A DNA stretch of 29,040 bases from Sulfurimonadaceae bacterium (GCA_041548245.1 JBFESZ010000015.1:1-29040), one strand, 5' to 3'. Positions 9,645-18,862 are shown, counted from the first letter of the stretch. Numbers and translations: made by a program. Notes: generated by a model from the letters alone, not told the origin.

Positions 9645-9790
9645 AGATGAATAGCGGACGTCTAACGGATCTTGTTGATGAAGAGATCGAAGATGACGAG
9701 TACGAAGAGTCGCAAGAGTATTTTAAGGATGAGTGGGAAGACGAGGAATTCGATGATGAAGAGCCTTATGAAAGAGAATATTGTGACTAG
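9623..9790 (+). CDS. Small highly acidic hypothetical protein (55 aa)
   Basis: ATG at 9623 preceded by AAGGG; overlaps the sdhA stop by 22 nt and ends 12 nt before sdhB; 25 of 55 residues are D/E. Confidence 0.7.
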   Translation: MRRFYELKMNSGRLTDLVDEEIEDDEYEESQEYFKDEWEDEEFDDEEPYEREYCD

Positions 9791-9802
9791 AGAGAGACAG
9801 CA

Positions 9803-10546
9803 ATGAAGATAAAAGTCAAACGGTATCAGAGTGAGCCTGAAGTCAAAGAAGGGATTGCCGAGTATGAGATACCATATGAGAACCCGACACTCTTGGAAGC
9901 ATTTAACTATATCAAGACAAAGATAGACCCGACACTCAGTTTTAGTGCAGGATGCCGTTCCGAAGTATGTGGCTCATGTGCGGTCCGTGTTAATGGAACT
10001 GAGGAGTTGGCCTGCGGTTACAAGCTTAGTGATGAGGATATTATCGAACCCTTAAACAACCTTCCTGTCGTACGTGATCTGATCGTTGATGTAGAGAAGA
10101 TGATGCAGTATAACTTGAAGGCAAAGGCATGGAGCAGTGACAATGATATGAACATCAACGTTACTCCGGCGCAAGCCGAAGCAAATGAGGTACAGAGTGA
10201 TTGCATTCTTTGCGGGGCATGTTTTTCTGCCTGTCCGGTCTATGCGGTCAATGAAAACTTCATTGGCCCTTTTGCATTGACACGCTCATGGCGTTATGTG
10301 GCAGATGTCAGAGAGCAGGACATACAAGAGAAGATAGAAGCAATACAGACAAATGGTATTTGGGAATGTACACTTTGTAATGAGTGCGTACCGGTCTGTC
10401 CTCAGGGCATCGCGCCAAAGCAGGATATCGCAATGTTGAGAAACAAGAGCGGTATTATGGGATTTATGGATCCAAATTTTGGTGGGGGGATGAGTTTCGG
10501 TACACCGTCGTTTGACGGCACACCTGATTTTAGCGGAGGCTTTTAA
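9803..10546 (+). CDS. sdhB: Succinate dehydrogenase/fumarate reductase iron-sulfur subunit
   Basis: [2Fe-2S] motif CRSEVCGSC...LAC; PVVRDLIVD; CILCGACFSACP and CTLCNECVPVCP. Confidence 0.92.
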   Translation: MKIKVKRYQSEPEVKEGIAEYEIPYENPTLLEAFNYIKTKIDPTLSFSAGCRSEVCGSCAVRVNGTEELACGYKLSDEDIIEPLNNLPVVRDLIVDVEKMMQYNLKAKAWSSDNDMNINVTPAQAEANEVQSDCILCGACFSACPVYAVNENFIGPFALTRSWRYVADVREQDIQEKIEAIQTNGIWECTLCNECVPVCPQGIAPKQDIAMLRNKSGIMGFMDPNFGGGMSFGTPSFDGTPDFSGGF

Positions 10547-10578
10547 AAAACTTCGACTATAAGAGCAGTAGGCTTAGC

Positions 10579-12492
10579 CTAACTGTTCGCTTCTACCAAC
10601 ATGGCATCCATATGCTTAAAGAGCTCATTGCTCGCTTTTTCCATCTCTTCAAAACGTGCAACGATCTCATCTCCGACTTCAACATGAGAATCCTCAATAC
10701 CGTCACTTAGGTAAGAAGCATTCTTATTGGCAGTGTCGTGGACGATCTTGTGCGGTGCCGGGATACGTTTGTACGAAGGCGTCTCGCTAAAGCGACGTGC
10801 ACCTTCCCCGTCATACCACTGTCCAAGGCGGCAGCCATGGTGGTCACTTATAGTCAACAGAGGTGTGGCATTGATAATCGTATTATATGCATTTGACTTG
10901 TAGATAATATGATCGATCTTAGCCAGTATGACAAAGGTATTGTTTTCCATGTTGTACGAGTAGTCAACGATCCTATTGGAGCCTTCATTAAGCTCTATCA
11001 TTGTCCCTTCAAAGTTGGTGATCTTTTCACTTGCAACTTCGACGACTTCGCTCATATGCTCAGAGCTTGTCTGGATATCATTCATCTCTTGTTGAAGTGA
11101 TTTGATCGAAACAGAGATCTCTGAGGTTGCTTTATGCGTACGTTCTGCAAGTTTTCGTACTTCATCCGCAACAACGGCAAACCCGCGGCCATGTTCACCG
11201 GCACGTGCGGCTTCAATCGCTGCATTCAGCGCAAGAAGGTTGGTCTGATCGGCAATATCGGTAATAAGTTGTATGACGGAAGTGATATCAGTGACTTGGG
11301 TAGCAAGTGATGATATCGCTTCATTATTGTTAGCGGTGTGCTCCATGAGTCGTTGAAGTTCTGTGACGATATCTTCAATATCGCTACGGCTGTCATTTGA
11401 CAGCTGCGCTGCATTTTTAGTCGCATTTGTAACGTCTTTGAGGGCAGTAATATTATTGTTTAGATCATCTTGAATCCCAACAAGGCCTTTAGTGACACTG
11501 CCAGCTAGTGAACTTAGTTTTGTATTGAGTGCATCACGACGCTTTTTGGCCTCTTGCTCCTTCATCAGATTAAGACTTTGACAGATATTCTCTATTGCAA
11601 CGGTAAACTCACCATGCATACCCTCTTTGGAGATGCAGCGTTCGAAATTCCCCTGAGTAGCACTGGTAAAGGAAATATTGATCTCTTTGATGAAGAAGGT
11701 GATCTGGTGAAGTAGTTTTTGCAGAGCAGTGTTCATCTGCCCGAGTTCAGTCTCTGCTCTCTCATCGATATTGGTTTTTTCAAAGTCGCCATCAGCAGAT
11801 TTCTGCATGACTTTGGTAAAGGTGGTGAGTGCACCTGTAATTGAAGCTCTGACCGCGGTAGCGAACATTATGACAAGTGCAGTAATCAGGACCCCTGTGA
11901 CAAGAAAAAAGAACTTGTAAAAAGTGAGTTCAGAATTCATCTTCGCGGCAGCATCGGTAAGCTCTTGCTCTTTGAGCTCAACGACTTTATGAAAGGCATC
12001 GCGAGAGGCTGTTGCATAAGGAGTGAGTGTCTCTTTGTATCGTCTGTAGTTCTCGACAGTATTGTTGGTTATCTCATCTTTACTTAGATTAGCCATCATC
12101 TGATAAGAGTTGTCCAGAAAGGTAAGGGTACTCTCTTTTGCCTCTTTGATAAGGTTGATAGAGCGTTCATCATCGATGGTCTTGGCAATTTTGTCAAAAG
12201 CATGACGGATGTTTTCCATACGTTCCTTTAGCTTGAGCATGTCCTTATCGTAGTCCCCGCCCAGAAGAATATCACGGGTGGTACGAGAAATATAATTAAG
12301 ATCCTTCTGGATATGTAAGGTATCCATCGCACCTGCGGTTGAATGGTGTTGAAGATCATTATACTGACCGCCGATGCTATGTAGTGTAAAGAAAGCAAAG
12401 GCAGCCGCACCAAGTACTGAAACCCCAACCATCGTGATGAGATAGTTGATACGCTGCTTTATGCTGAGATTTTTAAGCATTTTTTTGAACAT
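10579..12492 (-). CDS. Methyl-accepting chemotaxis protein with C-terminal CZB domain
   Basis: Two TM helices flanking a periplasmic helical domain; [40 protein letters not shown] pattern DH...[10 protein letters not shown]...PHKIVH. Confidence 0.95.
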   Translation of the reverse strand: MFKKMLKNLSIKQRINYLITMVGVSVLGAAAFAFFTLHSIGGQYNDLQHHSTAGAMDTLHIQKDLNYISRTTRDILLGGDYDKDMLKLKERMENIRHAFDKIAKTIDDERSINLIKEAKESTLTFLDNSYQMMANLSKDEITNNTVENYRRYKETLTPYATASRDAFHKVVELKEQELTDAAAKMNSELTFYKFFFLVTGVLITALVIMFATAVRASITGALTTFTKVMQKSADGDFEKTNIDERAETELGQMNTALQKLLHQITFFIKEINISFTSATQGNFERCISKEGMHGEFTVAIENICQSLNLMKEQEAKKRRDALNTKLSSLAGSVTKGLVGIQDDLNNNITALKDVTNATKNAAQLSNDSRSDIEDIVTELQRLMEHTANNNEAISSLATQVTDITSVIQLITDIADQTNLLALNAAIEAARAGEHGRGFAVVADEVRKLAERTHKATSEISVSIKSLQQEMNDIQTSSEHMSEVVEVASEKITNFEGTMIELNEGSNRIVDYSYNMENNTFVILAKIDHIIYKSNAYNTIINATPLLTISDHHGCRLGQWYDGEGARRFSETPSYKRIPAPHKIVHDTANKNASYLSDGIEDSHVEVGDEIVARFEEMEKASNELFKHMDAMLVEANS

Positions 12493-12525
12493 TTAAGCCC
12501 CTCAAGTCTGTTGACATTTTTGGTT

Positions 12526-12534
12526 ATTATAGCA
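12526..12534 (-). promoter_or_regulatory. Extended -10 (TGCTATAAT) for the MCP gene
   Basis: ATTATAGCA on + strand, about 34 nt upstream of the start; GAGGGG SD present. Confidence 0.6.
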
Positions 12535-12627
12535 GAGAAAATAAATGTTTAGATTTAAAGCAAAAATAAATTATAAGTAATAAATAGATATACTCATTCA
12601 AACTAATCATTTTAATAGGTAGGATAG

Positions 12628-13125
12628 ATGGCAAAAGAACACTCCTTTGATATATCAGCAAAGATAAATATGCAAAATTTTAAAGATGCAATTATCCAGG
12701 CGGAGAAAGAGGTTGTTACCAGATATGACTTTAAAGGGATTACGGCAGATATTGATTATAACGAAAAAGCCAAGACACTTACATTGACCAGCTCAAGTGA
12801 TAATAAGCTCGAAGCGCTAGAAGATATCGTCATCGGACGGCTTGTAAAACGTGAATTAAGTTCCAAGGTTCTAGATGCGGCTACAGTTGTTGATGCCAGT
12901 GGAGGGGACCGACGTAAGGTCTTTAAGATTGTCGATTATATTGAATCAAAAGAGGCTAAGAAGATAGTCGCCGAGATCAAGGCGCAGAAGATGAAGGTAA
13001 CCGCGACTTTAGAGGGTGACCATATTCGGGTCAAAGGAAAGAATCTGGATGACCTACAAAAGGCGATGAAGCATATCCGTGGTATGGAGTGGGATGCACC
13101 TTTGATCTTTGAAAACTTCAGATAG
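12628..13125 (+). CDS. yajQ: YajQ family nucleotide/c-di-GMP-binding protein
   Basis: SFDIS, TRYDFKG, IRVKGKNLDDLQ, FENFR C-terminus. Confidence 0.93.
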   Translation: MAKEHSFDISAKINMQNFKDAIIQAEKEVVTRYDFKGITADIDYNEKAKTLTLTSSSDNKLEALEDIVIGRLVKRELSSKVLDAATVVDASGGDRRKVFKIVDYIESKEAKKIVAEIKAQKMKVTATLEGDHIRVKGKNLDDLQKAMKHIRGMEWDAPLIFENFR

Positions 13126-13136
13126 AAGAAGAGAAG

Positions 13137-14096
13137 ATGGCACAGCAGAAGTCTAAGCGTTATGTAGCTATTGACAAGCGGCTTATTACCGAAGGTCAAC
13201 GTTTGGATTTTACGACATACGAGGCCAATGATAGCAAGACACAGATGAGTCTTTTCTTGCAAAGCGATAGTGTGGTTGACGGAGATAAAAAAGTCCGTCT
13301 GCGTGAGGTAGAGAGGCTATTCGTCATAGACGAGGAGTATGAGAAATATAAACGTTATGCCGAGAAACATTTAAAGAGTATAGCCACTAACAAAGAGATA
13401 CCTTTCACACAAAAAGCTGAGATCGTTTACTCTAAAGCTGCTGAAGTCATGGATGAACTTTTCAAGAACCCTGACTCATTGGCAAATATGCAAAAGAGTC
13501 AGGCTATTGTCGATGGTTTTGTCAACCTTGTCCTGCAGAATGAGGCAACGCTTGCATCGATTATGAAGATAGCCGCACATGACTATTACACACATACTCA
13601 TTCAATCAATGTCAGTATTTACTCTTTGACCCTTGCAAAATATCTGGGTATGAAGGACAAAGAGCTGGAAGACATGGGAATGTCATCCATGATGCATGAT
13701 TTGGGGAAAAGCAAGGTAGATTGGGATATTATCAATAAAAACGGTAAGCTGACAGATGCCGAGTTTACACATATGAAGAAACACCCGGCAGCAGGGTATG
13801 ATATTGCTCTTAAGATGGGGATTACAGATAAGAAGATATTATCGGGTATACGATCACATCATGAGAAGCTTGATGGCAGCGGGTATCCTGACGGCCTTAA
13901 GGAGAAAGAGATATCGCTTTTTGCACGTATCATCGCGGTATGTGATGTTTTTGATGCATTGACGACGAAGCGTTCATACAAACCTGCGATGACCAGTTTC
14001 GAAGCAATCAGTCTTATGAAGAGAGAGATGCAGGGGCATTTGGATATGCAAATTATAGATGCATTAATACAGATGTGTAGAATTAACAAAGGATAG
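13137..14096 (+). CDS. HD-GYP domain c-di-GMP phosphodiesterase
   Basis: YTHTHSINV, MHDLGK, HP..G, HHEKLDGSGYPDGL, CDVFDALT..RSYK; motifs appear intact. Confidence 0.93.
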   Translation: MAQQKSKRYVAIDKRLITEGQRLDFTTYEANDSKTQMSLFLQSDSVVDGDKKVRLREVERLFVIDEEYEKYKRYAEKHLKSIATNKEIPFTQKAEIVYSKAAEVMDELFKNPDSLANMQKSQAIVDGFVNLVLQNEATLASIMKIAAHDYYTHTHSINVSIYSLTLAKYLGMKDKELEDMGMSSMMHDLGKSKVDWDIINKNGKLTDAEFTHMKKHPAAGYDIALKMGITDKKILSGIRSHHEKLDGSGYPDGLKEKEISLFARIIAVCDVFDALTTKRSYKPAMTSFEAISLMKREMQGHLDMQIIDALIQMCRINKG

Positions 14097-14098
14097 AT

Positions 14099-14740
14099 AT
14101 GTCAAAACTGAGTGTAGCAGAAGCAGCAGATAAGTTTAAAGTCTCAAAAGAAGCCATCCACAATCGTATACGCAGAGGGAGTTTAGACTGTGTGATAGAG
14201 CATGGGACGAAATATGTTTTGATTGATGAGCCTGCTGCTTCGGTAAAAGAGTCAGGTGACACAAAATATTACAGCTATATCGAAGAAGAGAACACTCAGT
14301 TAAAAGAGAAGATCAAAGAGCTTGAGAAACAGAATCTTAATCTACGAGAGCAAAAAGAGCAGATGTTGATCGAAGAGAAGCGAAAGATAGAGCAGATATA
14401 TAAAGAGCGTGATGAACAGCTTAAACAGGTTCTGCATACCATTACTTCGAAGTTTTTGCCGCATATGGATTCACAGCAGGTCGTACAGAGAGCACAAGAG
14501 GTGGTTGATGTCGAAGATATGAGTGCATCGTCTATTGAGGTGGATGATATCTCAAACGGACAAAGCGAGCCTATCTCTTTAAAGAAGTTCCTCAAGCTAA
14601 AAGCTTATAAACCGGGTAAACATCAACGTGTCAAAAACCGCTTTAAACGCCTTGTCGGAGTGGACAGCCGAATCATGCGTGAAAACGGAAAGATCTATAT
14701 TGACCCTGTAAAGTATGATTATCGCGACCTTTTGGAATAG
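14099..14740 (+). CDS. HTH DNA-binding protein with central coiled coil
   Basis: LSVAEAADKFKVSKEAIHNRIRRG (MerR/excisionase-like HTH), then heptad-rich E/K/Q/L region and a basic C-terminal domain. Confidence 0.75.
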   Translation: MSKLSVAEAADKFKVSKEAIHNRIRRGSLDCVIEHGTKYVLIDEPAASVKESGDTKYYSYIEEENTQLKEKIKELEKQNLNLREQKEQMLIEEKRKIEQIYKERDEQLKQVLHTITSKFLPHMDSQQVVQRAQEVVDVEDMSASSIEVDDISNGQSEPISLKKFLKLKAYKPGKHQRVKNRFKRLVGVDSRIMRENGKIYIDPVKYDYRDLLE

Positions 14741-17532
14741 CTTCTTTTGGGCGGCCTCGAAGTTTCATTTGAGCCAAGATGCCTGCGTTTTCGAAAACAG
14801 CTGTTGCAGATAGTGTGCCTGCTGTCAAATGCCAGAGGTTTGGTACAGATTCGGCAGCGTGGAACAAATTGAGCATTTTTAAGGGTATTCTCAATATAGT
14901 CGTTTAAATGTTTACGTGCTTTGATCGCTTTTTCCGGCTCGAAGAATATCTCGGGAAACCGGTAGTTCAGCCAAAGATACAAAGAGACCTCTTTGACCAA
15001 ATCTTCAATATGCAGAAGCGTCTCCATGGACTCGGCATACTCACCATAGAGTTTGGTCTCCACATAGGCGACGGGCTGTTGTTTTTCCATGTGGGCGATA
15101 TAGGATGAAAAAACCTGGACAAGGTAGGGCGACTGTGTTGATAGAGGAGCGCAGGCCATATGGTATTTTGAGCTGAGCTCAATGTCATATTCATCTGTGT
15201 ATCGTGCAATCTCGATAAGGGTCTCAAGGTTGGCAACACGGAATGGGCCGTCAAAGGTCATGTGTTTGATAAAAAAGCGCAGGATCTCTTCAAGGTTTTT
15301 TGTCTCAAGGATCTTTCCGACGAGCAGGATATGCTCCAAATTGGCCATGACATTTAGCGGAAGCGATATTTTTGGTAGTGGCTTATGAAACTGTTCATGT
15401 ACGGTTTGCAGTATAGCGGGTGTCAAGGCACCCACATAGCCTTTTTCTTCTATGCCAAAGCGTCCAGCCCGACCAGCAATCTGGATGATTTCGGTTGGTT
15501 GAAGTTTTCGCCGACGCTCTCCGTCAAATTTTTCGTCTTTAGAAAAGAGAATAGTTTTAATCGGAAGATTGAGCCCCATAGAGATGGCATCAGTTGCTAC
15601 AAGAACTTCAGTCTCACCTTCTCTGAATCGACGGGCCTCTTCTCGTCTTACTTCGGGCGAAAGATTCCCGTAGACTACGGATACTTTATAATTCCGACTG
15701 AGTTGTTGTTTGAGTTGAAGCACATCTTTCCGAGAGAAGGCAATGACTGCTGTTTGGGGTCTGATCTGATTTAAAGGAGTGGCTTCGGTCATCAATGAAA
15801 GAGGATTCTTTCTTTCAAAACAGATGATTTCAAGCTCTTCTCCAAGCCACTTCGCGAGTGCTTCAATGGCTTCTAAAGCATCTGATGAGCCTGTCATATA
15901 GACCTTTTTTGCGGGGGCACCAATAATCGCATTGACCCAGGCCCAACCGCGGTCTCTATCGTTTATCATCTGCACTTCATCGATGACACAGACATCGACA
16001 TCGATGCTGAAATTTAGCATCTCTATTGTCGAGCTGATATGTGTGGCATATTCATCAACAATTTGCTCTTCCCCAGTAATCAGGGAAGCAGAGACACCAT
16101 CTTTTTTTAAGTTCTCGTACCCTTCAAGGGCAAGAAGTCGAAGGGGAGCGAGGTAGTAGCCGGTATCAGCTTTTTCCAAGGCCTGCATCGCCTGATAGGT
16201 CTTTCCACTATTCGTCGGCCCTACATGAAAGATGAGTTTTCGACGCAGTTCTCTGGCAACGGGAAAGAGGTTTTTAAAATCACGGATAGTCCGTGCAAGC
16301 AGAGCTTCGCGTTGTTTCTTAAGCTTAAGAGACTGAATACTGTCGTTAAAGTGGAAGAGAACTTTACGGGCTATTTTAGAGGGTATATGAAGATCGTTAT
16401 TCAGCAAGCCTTTTAAGTGCTCAAGCACAAAAGAGCGGATCTGCTCATGTTCCATCTCAAGGATCGATGCAGATTCCTTGCACGCGTTGATCAGTGTATC
16501 GAGTTCTTCCTTGAAGGCATTTTCCATCATCTCGTTATGTAGAGAAAACTCATCCTCAAAGTCAATATCTTCACCTCTCCACAGTTGAGGAAGAAAATCT
16601 TTTAAAGAGACCTCACATAGGGCTTCATAGGGAATGGTTTCTCCTTCATATTCAAAGAGGGATTCTTTATGCATGATTAGATTGTAGTCCATCAATTGTA
16701 AAGAGTATTGTTGAAAATGTCTGCCGAAAACAGCTTTTAAGGTCTTTTCATTCAGAGGGGTATATTCAAAAATGTTTTCTGGCGGCATCGTTTTGAGCGC
16801 CTGCAGTATCTCTTCATCTGTAAGATAAGGGTGGGGATGTGCAAGTGTATTGAGAAAGCTGTCTGCTTCGTCTTGTTTTATCTTGATGAACTTCTGTTTT
16901 ATTTGTGTCAGATAAGGACGCAGTTCATCGATATCTGACTCGCTTAAAAGTGTGTATGACAGGGCCTCGGTTTTTATCTGTAAAATCTTTGAGAAGCTCT
17001 CTGCGGCATAGCTAAAGGCAATGGGGGTGAAAAACTCGAGCTCATTTTCATCTGTAAAGCTTGCATCCAAACTCTTTTCGAGGGTTTGAAGTTTTTTTCC
17101 TAATCGTATCTGCTGCAGGACCTTTTCCATTTTTGGCAGAGATATACGCTTCGTCCTCTCGTGCATAAAATGTTTTTGCAGTTCTTTGGCCTCTTCATCA
17201 CTCAGGCTGAGCTGGTCCAAAAAGCTGCTGATCTTTTCCGTCTTATTATCAGCGGCCTGTTTCTCGCCGTTTCCAGTAAAGAGTTGTCCGAGCTCCTTGA
17301 AGTACCGGACGATCTCTTGTCGGTCTTCGACTTCGGATTCTGACCAGAGTCGTCTGAAAGCACGTACAAGATGGTCATGGTTCGGGCTGATATCGCGCAT
17401 GCCGAGGTTATAGGCAAGTTCAATGAGGTTTTCCAGAGGGACTCGAGTAATCCCTTCATCAAAACCATCCCCGTCAAAATAGTTTCTGATTATTTGGTTG
17501 TATTTACTTAGTTTCTTTTTCTTTTTAGCCAT
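14719..17532 (-). CDS. SUV3-family SF2 helicase with large N-terminal extension and C-terminal C4 zinc finger
   Basis: HVGPTNSGKT, APLRLLALE, IDEVQ, RGWAW, ATDAISMGLNL, QIAGRAGR; CRIC...CNSC near the C-terminus. Confidence 0.92.
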   Translation of the reverse strand: MAKKKKKLSKYNQIIRNYFDGDGFDEGITRVPLENLIELAYNLGMRDISPNHDHLVRAFRRLWSESEVEDRQEIVRYFKELGQLFTGNGEKQAADNKTEKISSFLDQLSLSDEEAKELQKHFMHERTKRISLPKMEKVLQQIRLGKKLQTLEKSLDASFTDENELEFFTPIAFSYAAESFSKILQIKTEALSYTLLSESDIDELRPYLTQIKQKFIKIKQDEADSFLNTLAHPHPYLTDEEILQALKTMPPENIFEYTPLNEKTLKAVFGRHFQQYSLQLMDYNLIMHKESLFEYEGETIPYEALCEVSLKDFLPQLWRGEDIDFEDEFSLHNEMMENAFKEELDTLINACKESASILEMEHEQIRSFVLEHLKGLLNNDLHIPSKIARKVLFHFNDSIQSLKLKKQREALLARTIRDFKNLFPVARELRRKLIFHVGPTNSGKTYQAMQALEKADTGYYLAPLRLLALEGYENLKKDGVSASLITGEEQIVDEYATHISSTIEMLNFSIDVDVCVIDEVQMINDRDRGWAWVNAIIGAPAKKVYMTGSSDALEAIEALAKWLGEELEIICFERKNPLSLMTEATPLNQIRPQTAVIAFSRKDVLQLKQQLSRNYKVSVVYGNLSPEVRREEARRFREGETEVLVATDAISMGLNLPIKTILFSKDEKFDGERRRKLQPTEIIQIAGRAGRFGIEEKGYVGALTPAILQTVHEQFHKPLPKISLPLNVMANLEHILLVGKILETKNLEEILRFFIKHMTFDGPFRVANLETLIEIARYTDEYDIELSSKYHMACAPLSTQSPYLVQVFSSYIAHMEKQQPVAYVETKLYGEYAESMETLLHIEDLVKEVSLYLWLNYRFPEIFFEPEKAIKARKHLNDYIENTLKNAQFVPRCRICTKPLAFDSRHTICNSCFRKRRHLGSNETSRPPKRSYSKRSR

Positions 17533-17643
17533 TGCAAAAGTATAACTAAATAAGAGCTAAAGTTTCATGTTACAGTGGGTTTTTATACTCTTGCTTAGGG
17601 ATTAATCTGCTATCCTTCTGAAAACAAAGACAAAGCGTTTAAT

Positions 17644-17976
17644 ATGGATGAATTTTTTCCCGATGAGTGGACACAAGAAGAGTTTTTAAGAAACAAGAAA
17701 AGACTTGAAAAAAAGGGAGTGAAAGTACTGTTGATAGATACTATTCTCAACCCGATTGATCATGTAGAGACAATGGTCTATAACCCTGTGCTGTTAAAAG
17801 ATGAACCGGAAGGCTCGGTCTTTGTATTTTATTGTGATACAGGCAAGGCAACGATGGACAGGCTCAAAGAGTTCAAGGCAAAGTTTCCAAAACATCACTG
17901 CATCTCTTTAAAAGGGGGACGCGGGTATTGGAGAAAGCACTTTCAACTGTTGGAGGAAGATAATGAGCAAGCATGA
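17644..17976 (+). CDS. Rhodanese-like single-domain protein
   Basis: VFYCDTGK active-site-like loop and SLKGG...W C-terminal motif. Confidence 0.65.
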   Translation: MDEFFPDEWTQEEFLRNKKRLEKKGVKVLLIDTILNPIDHVETMVYNPVLLKDEPEGSVFVFYCDTGKATMDRLKEFKAKFPKHHCISLKGGRGYWRKHFQLLEEDNEQA

Positions 17977-18292
17977 AGCATTAATCAACGAGTTTATCGA
18001 GCGTATTAACGAAGGACGTTATTATGATGCGCATGAGTCACTCGAAGAGATCTGGTTTCCCCGACGTTTTGAGGATGACCCGGAGATGAAACTTATCAAG
18101 GGCTTCATTAATGCCGCGGTCTCTTTTGAACTGATCAAAAAAGGACGAAATCACTCTTCAGAGAAAGTATGGAAAAACTATGAAAAGTACAAGGTTTTAT
18201 TAAATACTTTTGAAAGCCCATACATGGGACGCTATGAAGAACTGAGTGAATTTCTGGAGAACAAAAGAGAGGAACTAGTCATAAAATCATAG
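17963..18292 (+). CDS. DUF309 family protein
   Basis: NEGRYYDAHESLEEIW ... KGFINAAV pattern; GGAGG RBS; overlaps the upstream gene. Confidence 0.85.
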   Translation: MSKHEALINEFIERINEGRYYDAHESLEEIWFPRRFEDDPEMKLIKGFINAAVSFELIKKGRNHSSEKVWKNYEKYKVLLNTFESPYMGRYEELSEFLENKREELVIKS

Positions 18293-18349
18293 TCTGGTTT
18301 CAGTTTTTTGCTGATAAGATAAATTGACTTTATTTAAAGGACGACCTCA

Positions 18350-18862
18350 ATGATTCTTTCTTTTCTTGTTTTTACGGTGTTAGTCTTGTTAGTAGTGCTG
18401 ATCTTCTTTTATTTGATCTGGGTGAACAAGCGCCAGAAGCTGGAGAGAGAGTCGTATGAGTTGCATCAGATTATGCAAAAGCATTACCACCAGCTCATGC
18501 ATATACTTAATGAAATTGAGCCTCTTATGGCCCATGATATGGCATTTTATGAAGAACTTAGGGCATATGTACAAGAGCATTACCGTGATTATCCGGTCTT
18601 AGGTGACGTTGATGGAATGGAGGCCAAGGAGTTTTATAGTTTCCTGCTTCATTTGGAACATGACGCAAAAGAACACATCTGCGCTTTTAGTGCGCCAATA
18701 ACACAGCAGTTAGACCAGATGAGGTTAAGCCTGATGCGAGCAAGAGAGAGCTTTAGTTATGCTGATAACGAGTATAGGTTCTTCTCTTCAAGTTTTCCGG
18801 TTAACATGATTTCCAAACTATTTGAGGAAGAAAAAATAATGAGAGTCAAAGGAAAAGTATAA
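18350..18862 (+). CDS. Divergent LemA-like membrane-anchored protein
   Basis: N-terminal TM, helical body, C-terminal RARESF...Y...SFPVNMISKLF resembling the LemA FP-N-I-x-x-x-F end. Confidence 0.55.
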   Translation: MILSFLVFTVLVLLVVLIFFYLIWVNKRQKLERESYELHQIMQKHYHQLMHILNEIEPLMAHDMAFYEELRAYVQEHYRDYPVLGDVDGMEAKEFYSFLLHLEHDAKEHICAFSAPITQQLDQMRLSLMRARESFSYADNEYRFFSSSFPVNMISKLFEEEKIMRVKGKV

